64,000 nucleotides of DNA from an uncultured Candidatus Peribacteria bacterium (GCA_964424075.1 CAYRGY010000003.1:42985-106984); one strand, 5' to 3'; positions 27,137 to 37,078 are shown, numbered from the stretch's first letter. The notes: generated by a model not told the origin, from the letters alone. A program made the numbers and translations.

Positions 27137-27780
27137 TATGATTTCCAGTCAGTTAATTCGGTCGTCAAAACCACCCGCTTGGGGCTATCCGCATTCCCCC
27201 ACTCCACCACCGATTCAATCAATAGTTTATTTACTTCTGAACCTTGATCTCCCCTATTTGAATCTTGCTTAATCGGAGTCACCTTTATGTAGCGACTGAA
27301 TTTTGTTTCTATAATAAAATTACTCGTATCATTCTGAGAGTATTGATTGCCATCATTCTTGAAGATGCGATTACTCGTTGTATCTCCTTCCTTCCATTCC
27401 TCAAGCTTCAGTGGAAAACACTCACCTAGATTATCATCACATGGAACTGGATTTTTCACCCTCTGTAACAAAAATAACTTCGACTCGTCTTGATCATCAT
27501 CATAAATTTTTTCCCCCCAAGGCTTACGTTCATTTCCATCATCACTAACCCAACCATCCAACCCAATCCCCAATTCCCAATTGGTATCACGAATATAGCG
27601 CATGGCTTCAATGCCTTCCTGCGCCAGACCATAGGCAACAATTCGATCTACGTTGTCAGCATTGGAGCGCATCACCGAAACAACCACCGACGTTGCGGCC
27701 GCGATTACAGTCACTAAAATCCCGATGGAAACAATCACTTCCGGCAGTGTAAAACCTTTCTGGGCGCGCCTCTTTTTCAC
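27136..27780 (-). CDS. prepilin-type N-terminal cleavage/methylation domain protein (PilV/GspI-like minor pilin)
   Basis: 214-aa ORF with the class III signal MKKRRAQKG/FTLPEVIVSIGIL. It has a TAATG overlap with the next gene. Confidence 0.7.
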   Translation of the reverse strand: MKKRRAQKGFTLPEVIVSIGILVTVIAAATSVVVSVMRSNADNVDRIVAYGLAQEGIEAMRYIRDTNWELGIGLDGWVSDDGNERKPWGEKIYDDDQDESKLFLLQRVKNPVPCDDNLGECFPLKLEEWKEGDTTSNRIFKNDGNQYSQNDTSNFIIETKFSRYIKVTPIKQDSNRGDQGSEVNKLLIESVVEWGNADSPKRVVLTTELTDWKS

Positions 27781-27841
27781 TTCAAAATAAAGTTATAATT
27801 TATCTAAGTATTATAACAGATTTTAGGCTTATAATAAAGCT

Positions 27842-28468
27842 CTACTCTTTATAAACATCACCGGTCGCCGTGCTATAAATTACTGTCCTTTGATCTTCAA
27901 TTGAGTCATCCTGATAAGTAATTGTAATCACATATTCTTCATCTAGTGCTTGATTTAAAGAATCAAACACCTTCCCAAAAGGAGGTTTAAAAGCCAAAAC
28001 CAGCTCAGAAACTGAATTCCTATTTCCATTAATCCCCAACTTAAAAGTTTCACTCAGCAATTCCCGCTCGCGCCATTTATTTACACCAACATCCTCACAA
28101 AAATCCGCCTTTTGATCTTTCACCCCAATATAGTCAGTCTCAGCGGTACTAACGCTATCCGTATCAATTGATAGCCAAAAACACTTGGTCACGTCGCTTT
28201 TTGTTTGCTCACCTGACCGAGCCAAAATCGCCTGCTCCTTGATCAAGGAAACCAGAGTGTCAGCGGCAAAATTCAGGCGGGCCCGGCGAATCACTCCGCC
28301 ATAACTGCCAACAGCAATCAGCGTTAATATCATCACAATTGCCAGGACTATCATTAATTCAACTAAAGTGAAACCAAAACGGCGATTATCTGAAGTACTG
28401 GCACTGAAAAAACGTCTGGACCACCCTTTTCTCGCTCCCCGACTTCTTTTGAATAACCACCACAACAT
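27842..28468 (-). CDS. prepilin-type protein (FimU/GspH-like) with an unusually long basic leader
   Basis: 208-aa ORF with ...DNRRFG/FTLVELMIVLAIVMILTLIAVGSYGGVIRRARL. The leader before the G/F site is 32 aa, and no later in-frame start is available. Confidence 0.7.
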   Translation of the reverse strand: MLWWLFKRSRGARKGWSRRFFSASTSDNRRFGFTLVELMIVLAIVMILTLIAVGSYGGVIRRARLNFAADTLVSLIKEQAILARSGEQTKSDVTKCFWLSIDTDSVSTAETDYIGVKDQKADFCEDVGVNKWRERELLSETFKLGINGNRNSVSELVLAFKPPFGKVFDSLNQALDEEYVITITYQDDSIEDQRTVIYSTATGDVYKE

Positions 28469-28478
28469 AGACTAAATC

Positions 28479-29675
28479 TTAAGCGACTACAGAAGAAAGC
28501 TGAAATACCGGCATCAAAATTGCCAAAGCCAATAAAGCAACCAAAATTCCAATAGTCAGAATCATAATCGGCTCAAAAAGTCCGGTAACGCGCTTCAAAG
28601 TATGATCAATTTCCTGATCATAATGGGCAGAAATCTTCATAGCAATTTTGTTGATAGACGCAGTTTTTTCACCTACGCTCATCATTCTGGTAACAGTATC
28701 GTCGAATAAAAATGGCGTATCTTTCAATGAATCGGAAATCTTTTCACCATTTTTGACCCTACTTATAACTTCCCAGGTCTTGAGGGCATAAACTCCGGAA
28801 CTCATACTTGTCGCGACAATCTCCAGCGCCTTGATTACCGGCAAGCCGGATTCAAGTAGCAGTCCTAGCGTCGAAACAAAGCGCAAAACATACACTTTAC
28901 GCACCATTTCGCCAACAACGGGAATATTCATTTTGAAAAGATCCCATGAATAACGACCTTCTTCTGTATTTTTCCAATAAGACCAGGCAAAATAAACAAT
29001 TGCACCAATCGCCACAACCAGCCACCACCAATTTAACATAAAATTAGAAACTCCAATTAAAATCTTGGTCATTAAAGGAAAATCTTCTTCCTGTAATCCG
29101 CCTTCAGTCAACAGATTCATTAATTCAGGGATAACAAATATTAGCATTCCGGCAGAAACTAACAGCATCACCACAATTACAAATATCGGGTAAATTGAAG
29201 CTGTCACTAATTTAATCTGTAATTCATTAGCTTTATCCAAATCCTCAGCCAATTTCATCAACATTTGATCCAGATTTCCGGCGGCTTCTCCGGATTTAAT
29301 CACACCAATTTCCTTTTCTTTAAACACATTCGGAAAACGAGAAATAGCCTTGGAAAGGGAAATACCTTGGCGTAAATTATATTCAATTGTGTCTAAAATT
29401 CTGCTTAAACGTTCATTTTTTTGTTGATTGGCCAAAGTTTCAATCGATTCAATCATCGACATACCGGAATCGATCATTACCGCCAATAGATGAAAAAAGT
29501 AAGCCTTATCTTTTAAAGAAATAGGCGTATTGTCTATGAAAAAATCATTCAGCCTGGTAAATAAAGGCTTTCCTCGATTGTCATAAATTCCATACACAAC
29601 TTTCTCCCTGGTCTGACCGCGTTTTTGACCTAAAAGTTTCTCTAATTTTGATTGTTCGTTAGATTTGTGTGGCAT
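28479..29675 (-). CDS. pilC: type IV pilus platform protein PilC (GspF family)
   Basis: 398-aa ORF with two T2SS-F repeats and three TM segments in the typical layout. Confidence 0.9.
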   Translation of the reverse strand: MPHKSNEQSKLEKLLGQKRGQTREKVVYGIYDNRGKPLFTRLNDFFIDNTPISLKDKAYFFHLLAVMIDSGMSMIESIETLANQQKNERLSRILDTIEYNLRQGISLSKAISRFPNVFKEKEIGVIKSGEAAGNLDQMLMKLAEDLDKANELQIKLVTASIYPIFVIVVMLLVSAGMLIFVIPELMNLLTEGGLQEEDFPLMTKILIGVSNFMLNWWWLVVAIGAIVYFAWSYWKNTEEGRYSWDLFKMNIPVVGEMVRKVYVLRFVSTLGLLLESGLPVIKALEIVATSMSSGVYALKTWEVISRVKNGEKISDSLKDTPFLFDDTVTRMMSVGEKTASINKIAMKISAHYDQEIDHTLKRVTGLFEPIMILTIGILVALLALAILMPVFQLSSVVA

Positions 29676-29684
29676 ACCAAAAGA

Positions 29685-30230
29685 TTAAATACCTTCTTGG
29701 AAATATGTTTCCATTGAAAGATTAAAGTTTATACGCTCAATTCCTTCCACTTCGCCATATTGTACAGTAATAGAATTCACTACTAGTTTACGAGTATTTG
29801 TTTCGATATCAGCAAGAAAAGTTAACAAGTCCTGCTTTTCAGCCGATAGCGAAAGATTCACCGTTGAGGTCTTTATTCCATCTTGAGAATTAATTGGAAT
29901 CCCGAAACTGACACTATTAATTGTCACCTGATGATCATCGGCAATTTCATAGAGTTGTTTAATCAATTCATCTTGTTCCATTCTTAAGGGAATGGTGTCC
30001 AGCACTCTGGATCTTTGAATTTCAGTAGCTCCGCTTAAATCACCTTCAGCCCCTTTCAATTCATTCAATCGCTCTTGCAAATCTGTCTTTTCTGCTATAC
30101 GAGCATTCAAATCCTCTCTTTCACTACTGATCTCTCCTTGCACCGGCATAGTCCAACCGAAAAGCACAGCCAGGAGAATTACTGTCAGGACCAGATTAAT
30201 CAACGCATTTTTTCTTTTATTATTATCCAT
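29685..30230 (-). CDS. PilO-like pilus assembly protein
   Basis: 181-aa ORF with a short cytoplasmic N-terminus, one TM, a coiled coil and a small alpha/beta domain. Its position between the PilN-like gene and pilC supports the call. Confidence 0.5.
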   Translation of the reverse strand: MDNNKRKNALINLVLTVILLAVLFGWTMPVQGEISSEREDLNARIAEKTDLQERLNELKGAEGDLSGATEIQRSRVLDTIPLRMEQDELIKQLYEIADDHQVTINSVSFGIPINSQDGIKTSTVNLSLSAEKQDLLTFLADIETNTRKLVVNSITVQYGEVEGIERINFNLSMETYFQEGI

Positions 30231-30238
30231 GTTTAGAA

Positions 30239-30916
30239 TTAATTATTTTGTACTTTAACTCTAGGAGCTGGCGCATCTTCTCCCGATGCTCCTACAGAAG
30301 CCGTATTACCTAATTCCGGCTCATCATATGTCAAATTAAAAACGAAAGACATTAGCTCTCTTCCTGACTCATCAACTCCGGTAGATAATGAAGGAATATA
30401 GGCATCTTTGAATAACACACTATTATTAAAGTCTGATAATAAACGGGCAACATCCACATAGGGAGGACTGACTTTAGCCAATGTAGAAACACTCAAAGCA
30501 ATTCTACCTTCAGCTGAACCACTATAAGAAAGTACAACTATTGACGGTTGTCCATTAGGCTCTTTAGGAATTAAATTATCTACCGCTTTAATAATGGCGG
30601 ACCATTTAAGCTCTTCCGCTTCAATTACTTTGAGAGCGGTCAATGCATCGGCGCTGGCTCCTACCTTATCGCCTTCATAAGCCGAAATTTCATTTTTCAA
30701 CTCTGCAATTTCATCCGCGACCTGACTTTGTTTATCCAAAACCCCTCCTTTACTAAATACCAAATAAATGGTAACTAACACTAGAACTATCAGTGCTGCT
30801 CCGAGAATTTTAGTTATCAGCATACTTTTATTAGCCAATTTCTTGGTCACAGTCTGCTTTTCCTCACCTTCATCAGGCTTGAAATGATGAGGAGGATGGT
30901 GTAACTGCTGTTCCAT
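30239..30916 (-). CDS. PilN-like pilus assembly protein
   Basis: The preferred start is the ATG at 30916 (MEQQLHHPP...). The longer track ORF reaching 31132 would overlap the plus-strand RNHCP gene and the promoter. The protein has one TM (ILGAALIVLVLVTIYLVF), a coiled coil and a C-terminal domain. Confidence 0.5.
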   Translation of the reverse strand: MEQQLHHPPHHFKPDEGEEKQTVTKKLANKSMLITKILGAALIVLVLVTIYLVFSKGGVLDKQSQVADEIAELKNEISAYEGDKVGASADALTALKVIEAEELKWSAIIKAVDNLIPKEPNGQPSIVVLSYSGSAEGRIALSVSTLAKVSPPYVDVARLLSDFNNSVLFKDAYIPSLSTGVDESGRELMSFVFNLTYDEPELGNTASVGASGEDAPAPRVKVQNN

Positions 30917-30944
30917 ATTGCAATCATTAAAATTTAATCTTAAT

Positions 30945-30973
30945 ATTTTACCATATTTACTCCCCTTTTTCAA
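30945..30973 (-). promoter_or_regulatory. extended -10 sigma70-type promoter for the pilus operon
   Basis: On the minus strand: TTGAAA, a 17-nt spacer ending in TGG, then TAAAAT, 29 nt upstream of the ATG at 30916. The -35 element abuts the divergent RNHCP start codon. Confidence 0.5.
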
Positions 30974-31291
30974 ATGGCTCAGCCCGTCAAAATCAATCAG
31001 GAGTTCGAATGTCAGCAATGTGGACATCTGGTACCACCTGCTGATCGGACTTGCCGCAATCACTGCACCAAATGTCTCTATTCTCTGCACGTCGATCAAA
31101 CAGTTCCCGGCGACCGCGCATCCACTTGCCACGGACTAATGGAACCAATCGCCATTGAATATTCAGGTAAAAAAGGTTATCAAATTATTCACCGCTGCAT
31201 TAAATGCCAGCATCAACAAATCAACAAAAGTGCCCAAGATGATGACTTGGAGGCAATACTCCAAATAATGCATAAATCTCAATTAAGCTAA
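30974..31291 (+). CDS. RNHCP domain zinc-ribbon protein
   Basis: 105-aa ORF with CQQCGH...CRNHCTKCLYSLHVD...CIKC, the RNHCP signature. It has a TAATG junction with tilS. Confidence 0.7.
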   Translation: MAQPVKINQEFECQQCGHLVPPADRTCRNHCTKCLYSLHVDQTVPGDRASTCHGLMEPIAIEYSGKKGYQIIHRCIKCQHQQINKSAQDDDLEAILQIMHKSQLS

Positions 31292-32223
31292 TGAATCAAT
31301 ATTTTGACCAAATCAAGCCAAACTCTACCATCATTCTCGCCTTTTCCAGCGGCCCCGATTCGGTTTATCTACTTCATCAGCTCCTGAAACTCTCATCCAA
31401 ACATCAAATCATCCTGGCACATGTTAATCATCAGACTCGCGGTCAGGAAAATATGAAAGACCAAAAATTTGCCGAAAAAATTGCCGCCAAACACAATCTG
31501 CGAATTGAAATAGCCACTAAACCAATTTCCTCAAGCGGAAATTTTGAAGATAAAGCTCGTCAATTTCGCTACAAATTTTTCGAAAACACTCGCCAAAAAT
31601 TTAATGCCGATTGGATTCTCACCGCTCATCACCTCAATGATCAATTCGAGACTTTCCTTTTTAACTTGGTAAGAGGAGCTTCACTGGAAGGTTTTAAAGG
31701 AATTGCTGCAGCCAATAACAAAAAGCACCTGCTCCGTCCACTCCTGCAAACCACCAAAGCGGAAATACTGGACTATCTAAAAAAACATCAGCTTAAATTC
31801 CGTAATGATAAATCCAATCATGACCTAAAATATTCGCGCAATTACATGCGCCACAAAATCGTACCGCTTTTTGAAAGAATTAACTCAAAATACATCCACA
31901 ACTTTTGTAATGCGCTTGATAATCTAAGCGCCAATCTTAACCTGGTCACCCAACTCACGGAAAAATGGATTAAACAAAATGTCCGCCGCCGGGTCTTTAA
32001 CCTAGATAAGTTTCTCTCCCAACCGGCAATTATGCAAGAGCACATCCTACAAAAACTCTGTCCTAATGCTCTTACCAAAAAACAACTTCAGGAAATTCTC
32101 AAAACTTTGCAGCAAAAAAAATCCAATCGCAAAAAAGAGTTTGGCCATAATTCCATTTTAAAAATAGTTAAAAACAACCAAAACGGGCAAAGAGAAGTTG
32201 AGATCGTGCTTGTTATCAATTAA
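31291..32223 (+). CDS. tilS: tRNA(Ile)-lysidine synthase
   Basis: 310-aa ORF with the PP-loop SSGPDS and a TilS N-terminal ATPase pattern. Confidence 0.9.
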   Translation: MNQYFDQIKPNSTIILAFSSGPDSVYLLHQLLKLSSKHQIILAHVNHQTRGQENMKDQKFAEKIAAKHNLRIEIATKPISSSGNFEDKARQFRYKFFENTRQKFNADWILTAHHLNDQFETFLFNLVRGASLEGFKGIAAANNKKHLLRPLLQTTKAEILDYLKKHQLKFRNDKSNHDLKYSRNYMRHKIVPLFERINSKYIHNFCNALDNLSANLNLVTQLTEKWIKQNVRRRVFNLDKFLSQPAIMQEHILQKLCPNALTKKQLQEILKTLQQKKSNRKKEFGHNSILKIVKNNQNGQREVEIVLVIN

Positions 32224-32257
32224 AATACCTGCATATTAAACTCAAGTATTTTGTTAT

Positions 32258-34126
32258 ATGCCTAAATTAACCAACCCAAACAAGAGTCCGAAATCGAATA
32301 GCTTCACTATTTTACTCTTTCTAGCCATGGCTATTGCTGCAGTCATGATTATTTTCAATTCCAGCAATACTAGTGTAGAGAGAGTTTCTTTGAATCAATT
32401 CATCGAAGACGTTCAAGCTGGTGAAGTAGTCAAAATTGTCGTCAATACAGAAAGTAATCGATTGGATATTACCAAAGTTGATAACAGTCAGATTTATACC
32501 CATAAAGAACCATCCATCACTTTAGATGAATTACTGACGAATATCCCCGAAAATGTTGTCAAAGACATCGAAACAGAAGTTTTACCACCCGGAAATAATA
32601 CTTTTTGGTTAAATATTTTCATTGGCATAATTCCAATTCTAATCTTAATTGGCTTTTTCTATTTCATGATGCGACAGGCACAAAGCAGTAATAATCAAGC
32701 TATGTCTTTCGGAAAAAGTAGCGCCAAACTATTTGATGCTCAAAAGAAAAAAACTCGATTTAAAGACGTTGCTGGGGCAGTTGAAGCTAAAGAAGAATTG
32801 ATTGAAATAGTCGACTTCCTCAAAAACCCTATCAAATATTCACAAATTGGTGCAAAAATCCCCAAAGGAGTACTACTCGTTGGCGCGCCAGGGACAGGTA
32901 AAACCCTTCTAGCTCGCGCAGTAGCCGGCGAAGCCAGTGTCCCCTTCTTCAGCATTTCCGGTTCGGAATTTGTGGAAATGTTTGTTGGTGTTGGAGCATC
33001 TCGCGTTCGTGATCTATTCAAAAAAGCGAAGAAAAATGCGCCATGTATAATTTTTATAGATGAAATTGATGCCGTAGGACGCCAACGCGGTACTGGACTC
33101 GGAGGCGGACATGATGAAAGAGAGCAAACCCTCAATCAAATTTTGACAGAAATGGATGGTTTTGAGGGTGATACAGGCGTAATAGTAATGGCTGCTACCA
33201 ATCGTCCTGATGTGCTTGACCCGGCTTTACTTCGCCCTGGTCGCTTCGACCGCCGTATCATGGTTGACATGCCGGACATTAAAGATCGAGAGCAAATATT
33301 GCATGTACACGGACGCAATAAACCACTAGAAAAATCCACCAACCTGTCACAGATTGCCAAACATACTCCTGGATTCTCAGGAGCAGATCTGGAAAATCTA
33401 ATGAATGAAGCTGCTATTCTGGCCGCGAAAGAAAACCGCAAAACTGTCACACAGGACGACCTACAAAAATCTGTAGAAAAAGTTTTGATGGGCCCCGAGC
33501 GCAAATCCCGCATCCTCAGTCCGGATGAGAAAAAACGAACCGCCTATCATGAAGTCGGTCACGCTGTTGTCGGACATTTAAGTAAGAATTGCGATCCGAT
33601 TCACAAAATCTCCATTGTTTCTCACGGCATGGCCTTGGGAGTTACCTGGTTTCTGCCGAATGAAGACAAACACCTTTATACCAAAAGCAAATTCTTCGAT
33701 GAAATTTGTTCACTACTGGGTGGGTATTGTTCTGAAATGGAATTCTTCGGTGAAATGTCCACTGGGGCATCCAATGACTTGGAGAAAGCTACCAATATGG
33801 CCCGTAAAATGGTTACGCAATATGGAATGAGTACTCTGGGGCCAATACAATACGGAGAACAGAATCACGAAGTTTTCATTGGTCGAGACTTGGGACATAT
33901 TAAGAATTATTCTGAGGATACCGCTAGATTAATCGACCAGGAAGTTAAGAAAATCATACAAGATGCCTTTAAAACCACACAGGAAACAATCAAGAATAAT
34001 AAAAAATTAATTGATAAAATATCTACTGACTTAATCAAACAAGAAGCTATCTCAAGAGAAGAGTTTTTGGAATACTTTCCTAAATCCCAAAAAAAGAGTA
34101 CAACTAAGAAGAAAGTAAAGAAATAA
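32258..34126 (+). CDS. ftsH: ATP-dependent zinc metalloprotease FtsH
   Basis: 622-aa ORF with two N-terminal TMs, AAA+ Walker A (GAPGTGKT), SRH, and the HEVGHAV zinc site. The C-terminal tail is Lys-rich. Confidence 0.97.
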   Translation: MPKLTNPNKSPKSNSFTILLFLAMAIAAVMIIFNSSNTSVERVSLNQFIEDVQAGEVVKIVVNTESNRLDITKVDNSQIYTHKEPSITLDELLTNIPENVVKDIETEVLPPGNNTFWLNIFIGIIPILILIGFFYFMMRQAQSSNNQAMSFGKSSAKLFDAQKKKTRFKDVAGAVEAKEELIEIVDFLKNPIKYSQIGAKIPKGVLLVGAPGTGKTLLARAVAGEASVPFFSISGSEFVEMFVGVGASRVRDLFKKAKKNAPCIIFIDEIDAVGRQRGTGLGGGHDEREQTLNQILTEMDGFEGDTGVIVMAATNRPDVLDPALLRPGRFDRRIMVDMPDIKDREQILHVHGRNKPLEKSTNLSQIAKHTPGFSGADLENLMNEAAILAAKENRKTVTQDDLQKSVEKVLMGPERKSRILSPDEKKRTAYHEVGHAVVGHLSKNCDPIHKISIVSHGMALGVTWFLPNEDKHLYTKSKFFDEICSLLGGYCSEMEFFGEMSTGASNDLEKATNMARKMVTQYGMSTLGPIQYGEQNHEVFIGRDLGHIKNYSEDTARLIDQEVKKIIQDAFKTTQETIKNNKKLIDKISTDLIKQEAISREEFLEYFPKSQKKSTTKKKVKK

Positions 34127-34128
34127 AT

Positions 34129-34518
34129 ATGTCAGAAAATCAAGGCGGTAAAACTGAAATCATTGAAAGCAACATAACAGAAAAAGATGAAGGACAGTTG
34201 AGTCTGGATGTTTATGAAACTCCCAAAGAGCTGATTATTATTTCTCCTGTTGCGGGAATTAAGTTGGACGATATTAATCTGACTATTACTGAAGATGTCC
34301 TGACAATTAAAGGCGAACGCCATTTCGATTTCACTATCCCTGAAGATGATTATGTTATTCAAGAATGCTTTTGGGGGAGTTTTTCAAGAAGTATTGTTTT
34401 ACCTGATAATGTTGATTCAGCTAAAATTAATGCGAGTTTTAAAAATGGAGTTTTGAAAATCACTATCCCCAAAACTTCAGGTTCTAAAACCAAACTGATC
34501 AAAATTAAAGCCGTATAA
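34129..34518 (+). CDS. Hsp20/alpha-crystallin small heat-shock protein
   Basis: 129-aa ORF with an alpha-crystallin domain (ASFKNGVLKITIPK). Confidence 0.9.
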   Translation: MSENQGGKTEIIESNITEKDEGQLSLDVYETPKELIIISPVAGIKLDDINLTITEDVLTIKGERHFDFTIPEDDYVIQECFWGSFSRSIVLPDNVDSAKINASFKNGVLKITIPKTSGSKTKLIKIKAV

Positions 34519-34531
34519 TTTAATCCACAAT

Positions 34532-35401
34532 ATGCCGAAAATACATAAAGCGATCTTTCCAGTTGCAGGATTTGGTACTCGATTTCTCCCGGCCACCAAA
34601 GCACAACCAAAAGAAATGCTACCCATCGTTGATAAGCCTGTTATTCAATACCTAGTTGAGGAAGCTGTCCAAGCAGGAATTAAACAGATTGTAATGGTAA
34701 CTGGTCGCGGCAAACGCGCCATCGAAGACCATTTCGACACATCTTTTGAACTTGAACACACTTTAGTTGAAAAAGCTAAAATTGACCTGTTGGATGAAAT
34801 TAAACATTTGCCCGACATGGCAGATTTTATCTATGTTCGACAACCTAAACCACGAGGTGACGGACATGCCATTCTTTGTGCGGAAAACGTAGTCGGCAAA
34901 GACCCCTGCGCCATTATGTATGGCGATGACATAATTGATAATGAAAATTACCCTGCTATTCAACAATTGATGGAAGTATACGATCGATTTGAACGCTCTG
35001 TCATCGGAATCAAAGAAGTGGATCCCAAAGATACTCATCACTACGGGATTGTTAAAGGTCGGGAAATTGAACCGGGCTTATATGAAGTCGAAGACCTGGT
35101 GGAAAAACCTAAACCGGAAGAAGCTCCCTCCAATTTAGCCATTGTCGGAAAATACATCATCACACCTGAAGTATTTCCTGCCATCAGGGCATCACAAGGA
35201 TCAGCCGATGGAGAATTACGCCTAATCGACGGCTACAAATATCTACTCCCCAAGCAAAAGATCTATGCTCGGATTTTGGAAGGAGAACGTTTTGATACTG
35301 GCAACAAATTTGGCCTAGTTTCAGCAACTGTGCACTATGCAATGAAGAATCCAAAGCTAGCACCTGCGCTTAAAGAATTCCTGAAGCGCTATTCAGATTA
35401 G
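34532..35401 (+). CDS. galU: UTP-glucose-1-phosphate uridylyltransferase
   Basis: 289-aa ORF with the GalU motifs AIFPVAGFGTRFLPATKAQPKEMLP and VEKP. Confidence 0.92.
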   Translation: MPKIHKAIFPVAGFGTRFLPATKAQPKEMLPIVDKPVIQYLVEEAVQAGIKQIVMVTGRGKRAIEDHFDTSFELEHTLVEKAKIDLLDEIKHLPDMADFIYVRQPKPRGDGHAILCAENVVGKDPCAIMYGDDIIDNENYPAIQQLMEVYDRFERSVIGIKEVDPKDTHHYGIVKGREIEPGLYEVEDLVEKPKPEEAPSNLAIVGKYIITPEVFPAIRASQGSADGELRLIDGYKYLLPKQKIYARILEGERFDTGNKFGLVSATVHYAMKNPKLAPALKEFLKRYSD

Positions 35402-35402
35402 C

Positions 35403-36368
35403 TCAGTCTTCATCACTGGTATCCACAAGATAACCAAACATACCATCTTCTGAGGTAAACTGATCGGTCATTTGCACCCAAAATTTGGCTTCCTCACCCA
35501 TTGGCTCATCACTCATTTCAGTCACATCATCCGCAGGATATGGTGTAACATCTTCATTATAAAAATACTCAATATACTCTAATTGGGTTAGTCGACGAAC
35601 ATACTCATAATAACTAGCTATTTCCTCATCATCTTTCAATACTCTATCAGTTTCAGTATACATGGGGAAATGCATATCAACTTTTTTCATATATTTTAGT
35701 CCCTCTCCCAAATTTAGCTCTACTGATTTTCTCACAGGCTGTACTTCAGTCAAAATCATCCCTGTTTGCCGTATAATTCTGTAAAGAGCATGTCGAACCT
35801 CCTGCGCATAAAATCGATCATATCTGGTATCAAAACCTAACTTACCTCGACAAACAGGACTTGAACCAGATGAAGTATAATCCTGCCAACGCCATGATTG
35901 AGGCTCATCCATGTCAAATGGAGTAACCCACCATAATCCTCCTCGAGTATAAACCGCATCGTATTTCTCATCTAAATCCATCAAATCACCTTCATATAAA
36001 TTGATATCTTTTCCTAGCTTTTTTTCAGCAATATCAAGTAAAGCCGGTGATGTTTCAATAGCTTCGACTTGATAACCCTTTTCTAATAATCGTTTCGCTA
36101 ATTCGCCTGTACTTACACAAATTTCTAAAATCTTCTTCACCGGAGTTTCATCATATTTAAGAATTTTATCTATGCTATTTGCCATAGCATCATAGTTTAC
36201 ACCCTGAGCTTCTTGAATCCGATCATAATATTGAGCATATTCAGGAGTATAATTAAAAGGCGTCCTACCCCAAGCAGCTGGTCGAACCGCTGAAGTTTCG
36301 CTAAGTTTAATTCTCATATGAAAAAGGTTAAGTCGAATAAAATATAGCAAATTTTCTGCGTATGTCAA
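35403..36368 (-). CDS. class I SAM-dependent methyltransferase-like protein with a C-terminal acidic extension
   Basis: 321-aa ORF (alternative start at 36317, MRIKLSE). It has a Rossmann-like motif I region (ILEICVSTGELAKRLLEKGYQVEAIETSP) and DLMDL...YDAVY. Motif I is atypical, with C-V-S-T-G instead of G-x-G-x-G. Confidence 0.6.
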   Translation of the reverse strand: MTYAENLLYFIRLNLFHMRIKLSETSAVRPAAWGRTPFNYTPEYAQYYDRIQEAQGVNYDAMANSIDKILKYDETPVKKILEICVSTGELAKRLLEKGYQVEAIETSPALLDIAEKKLGKDINLYEGDLMDLDEKYDAVYTRGGLWWVTPFDMDEPQSWRWQDYTSSGSSPVCRGKLGFDTRYDRFYAQEVRHALYRIIRQTGMILTEVQPVRKSVELNLGEGLKYMKKVDMHFPMYTETDRVLKDDEEIASYYEYVRRLTQLEYIEYFYNEDVTPYPADDVTEMSDEPMGEEAKFWVQMTDQFTSEDGMFGYLVDTSDED

Positions 36369-36413
36369 TAAACGAGCCTTATATATATAGTATCAAATCT
36401 CGGCTATGGATCC

Positions 36414-36442
36414 TTGAATCCTTATGTTTTTTTTGCTATAAT
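36414..36442 (+). promoter_or_regulatory. extended -10 sigma70-type promoter for the TPR gene
   Basis: TTGAAT, a 17-nt spacer ending in TGC, then TATAAT, 28 nt upstream of the ATG at 36470. Confidence 0.5.
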
Positions 36443-36469
36443 AATTAGATATCAAAAATAAAAACAAAA

Positions 36470-37078
36470 ATGATTCAGGAAGATTCCAATATTAATTATC
36501 TCCTTGAGGAAGCTGATCAAAGTAAAATCAAAGGAGAGCACCAACAAGCAATTAAGACTTGTGAAAGAGTTTTAACGCAAGATTTAGATTGTCAGGAAGC
36601 TTATGAAGAAATTGGCGACAATTATCTAAGTTTGAAGCTTTATGATAAAGCTGAAAAAGCCCTTTTGCAGTCACTTCGCATTAATCCCCTGTCTGCTAAT
36701 GCACATTATCTTTATGGTTTCACAAAATCTGCCCTTGGAGAATGGGCAGAATCAATTGATCACCTGGAAAAAGCTGATGAAATTCAGCCAAATCACCCCG
36801 AAATCCTTCGCTGCCTAGGCTGGTCAATTTTCCATTCTGGAAAACGCAAACAAGGACTAGTAATTCTGGAAAGATCACTCAATCTAAGCCCTCAAGATCC
36901 GCTAATCTTAAGCGATCTTGGAGTTTGTTACTTAAATGACAAGAATTTCGACCGAGCAAAATTCCTGTTTAAGCAAGTTCTAGACCTTGAACCTGAAAAT
37001 GAAAAGGTCAAAGAATGCCTTTATGCAGTCGAATTCTTTAAAAAAGAGTTCAAGAAGTTCCGCGAACAGAATAAGTAA
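36470..37078 (+). CDS. tetratricopeptide repeat protein
   Basis: 202-aa ORF with 4-5 recognisable 34-aa TPR units (A-x3-Y/F...A...P pattern). Confidence 0.8.
   Translation: MIQEDSNINYLLEEADQSKIKGEHQQAIKTCERVLTQDLDCQEAYEEIGDNYLSLKLYDKAEKALLQSLRINPLSANAHYLYGFTKSALGEWAESIDHLEKADEIQPNHPEILRCLGWSIFHSGKRKQGLVILERSLNLSPQDPLILSDLGVCYLNDKNFDRAKFLFKQVLDLEPENEKVKECLYAVEFFKKEFKKFREQNK

Noticed and set aside
30917-31132. The longer 297-aa version of the PilN-like ORF, and the longer track starts for pilin-like paralogs 1, 2 and 5 and for ORFs 41718, 46956 and 61921.
   Set aside because: The upstream extensions overlap neighbouring well-supported genes or promoters and add non-signal-peptide residues. 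Internal ATGs give canonical signal peptides or TM starts and tight gene junctions.
32740-33513. Long antisense ORFs inside ftsH (131 and 125 aa). Similar ones occur inside xfp (11770-12365), tkt, secA and the 543-aa surface gene.
   Set aside because: They are Arg/Ser/Pro-rich shadow frames opposite strongly supported conserved genes, with no independent motif or start context.
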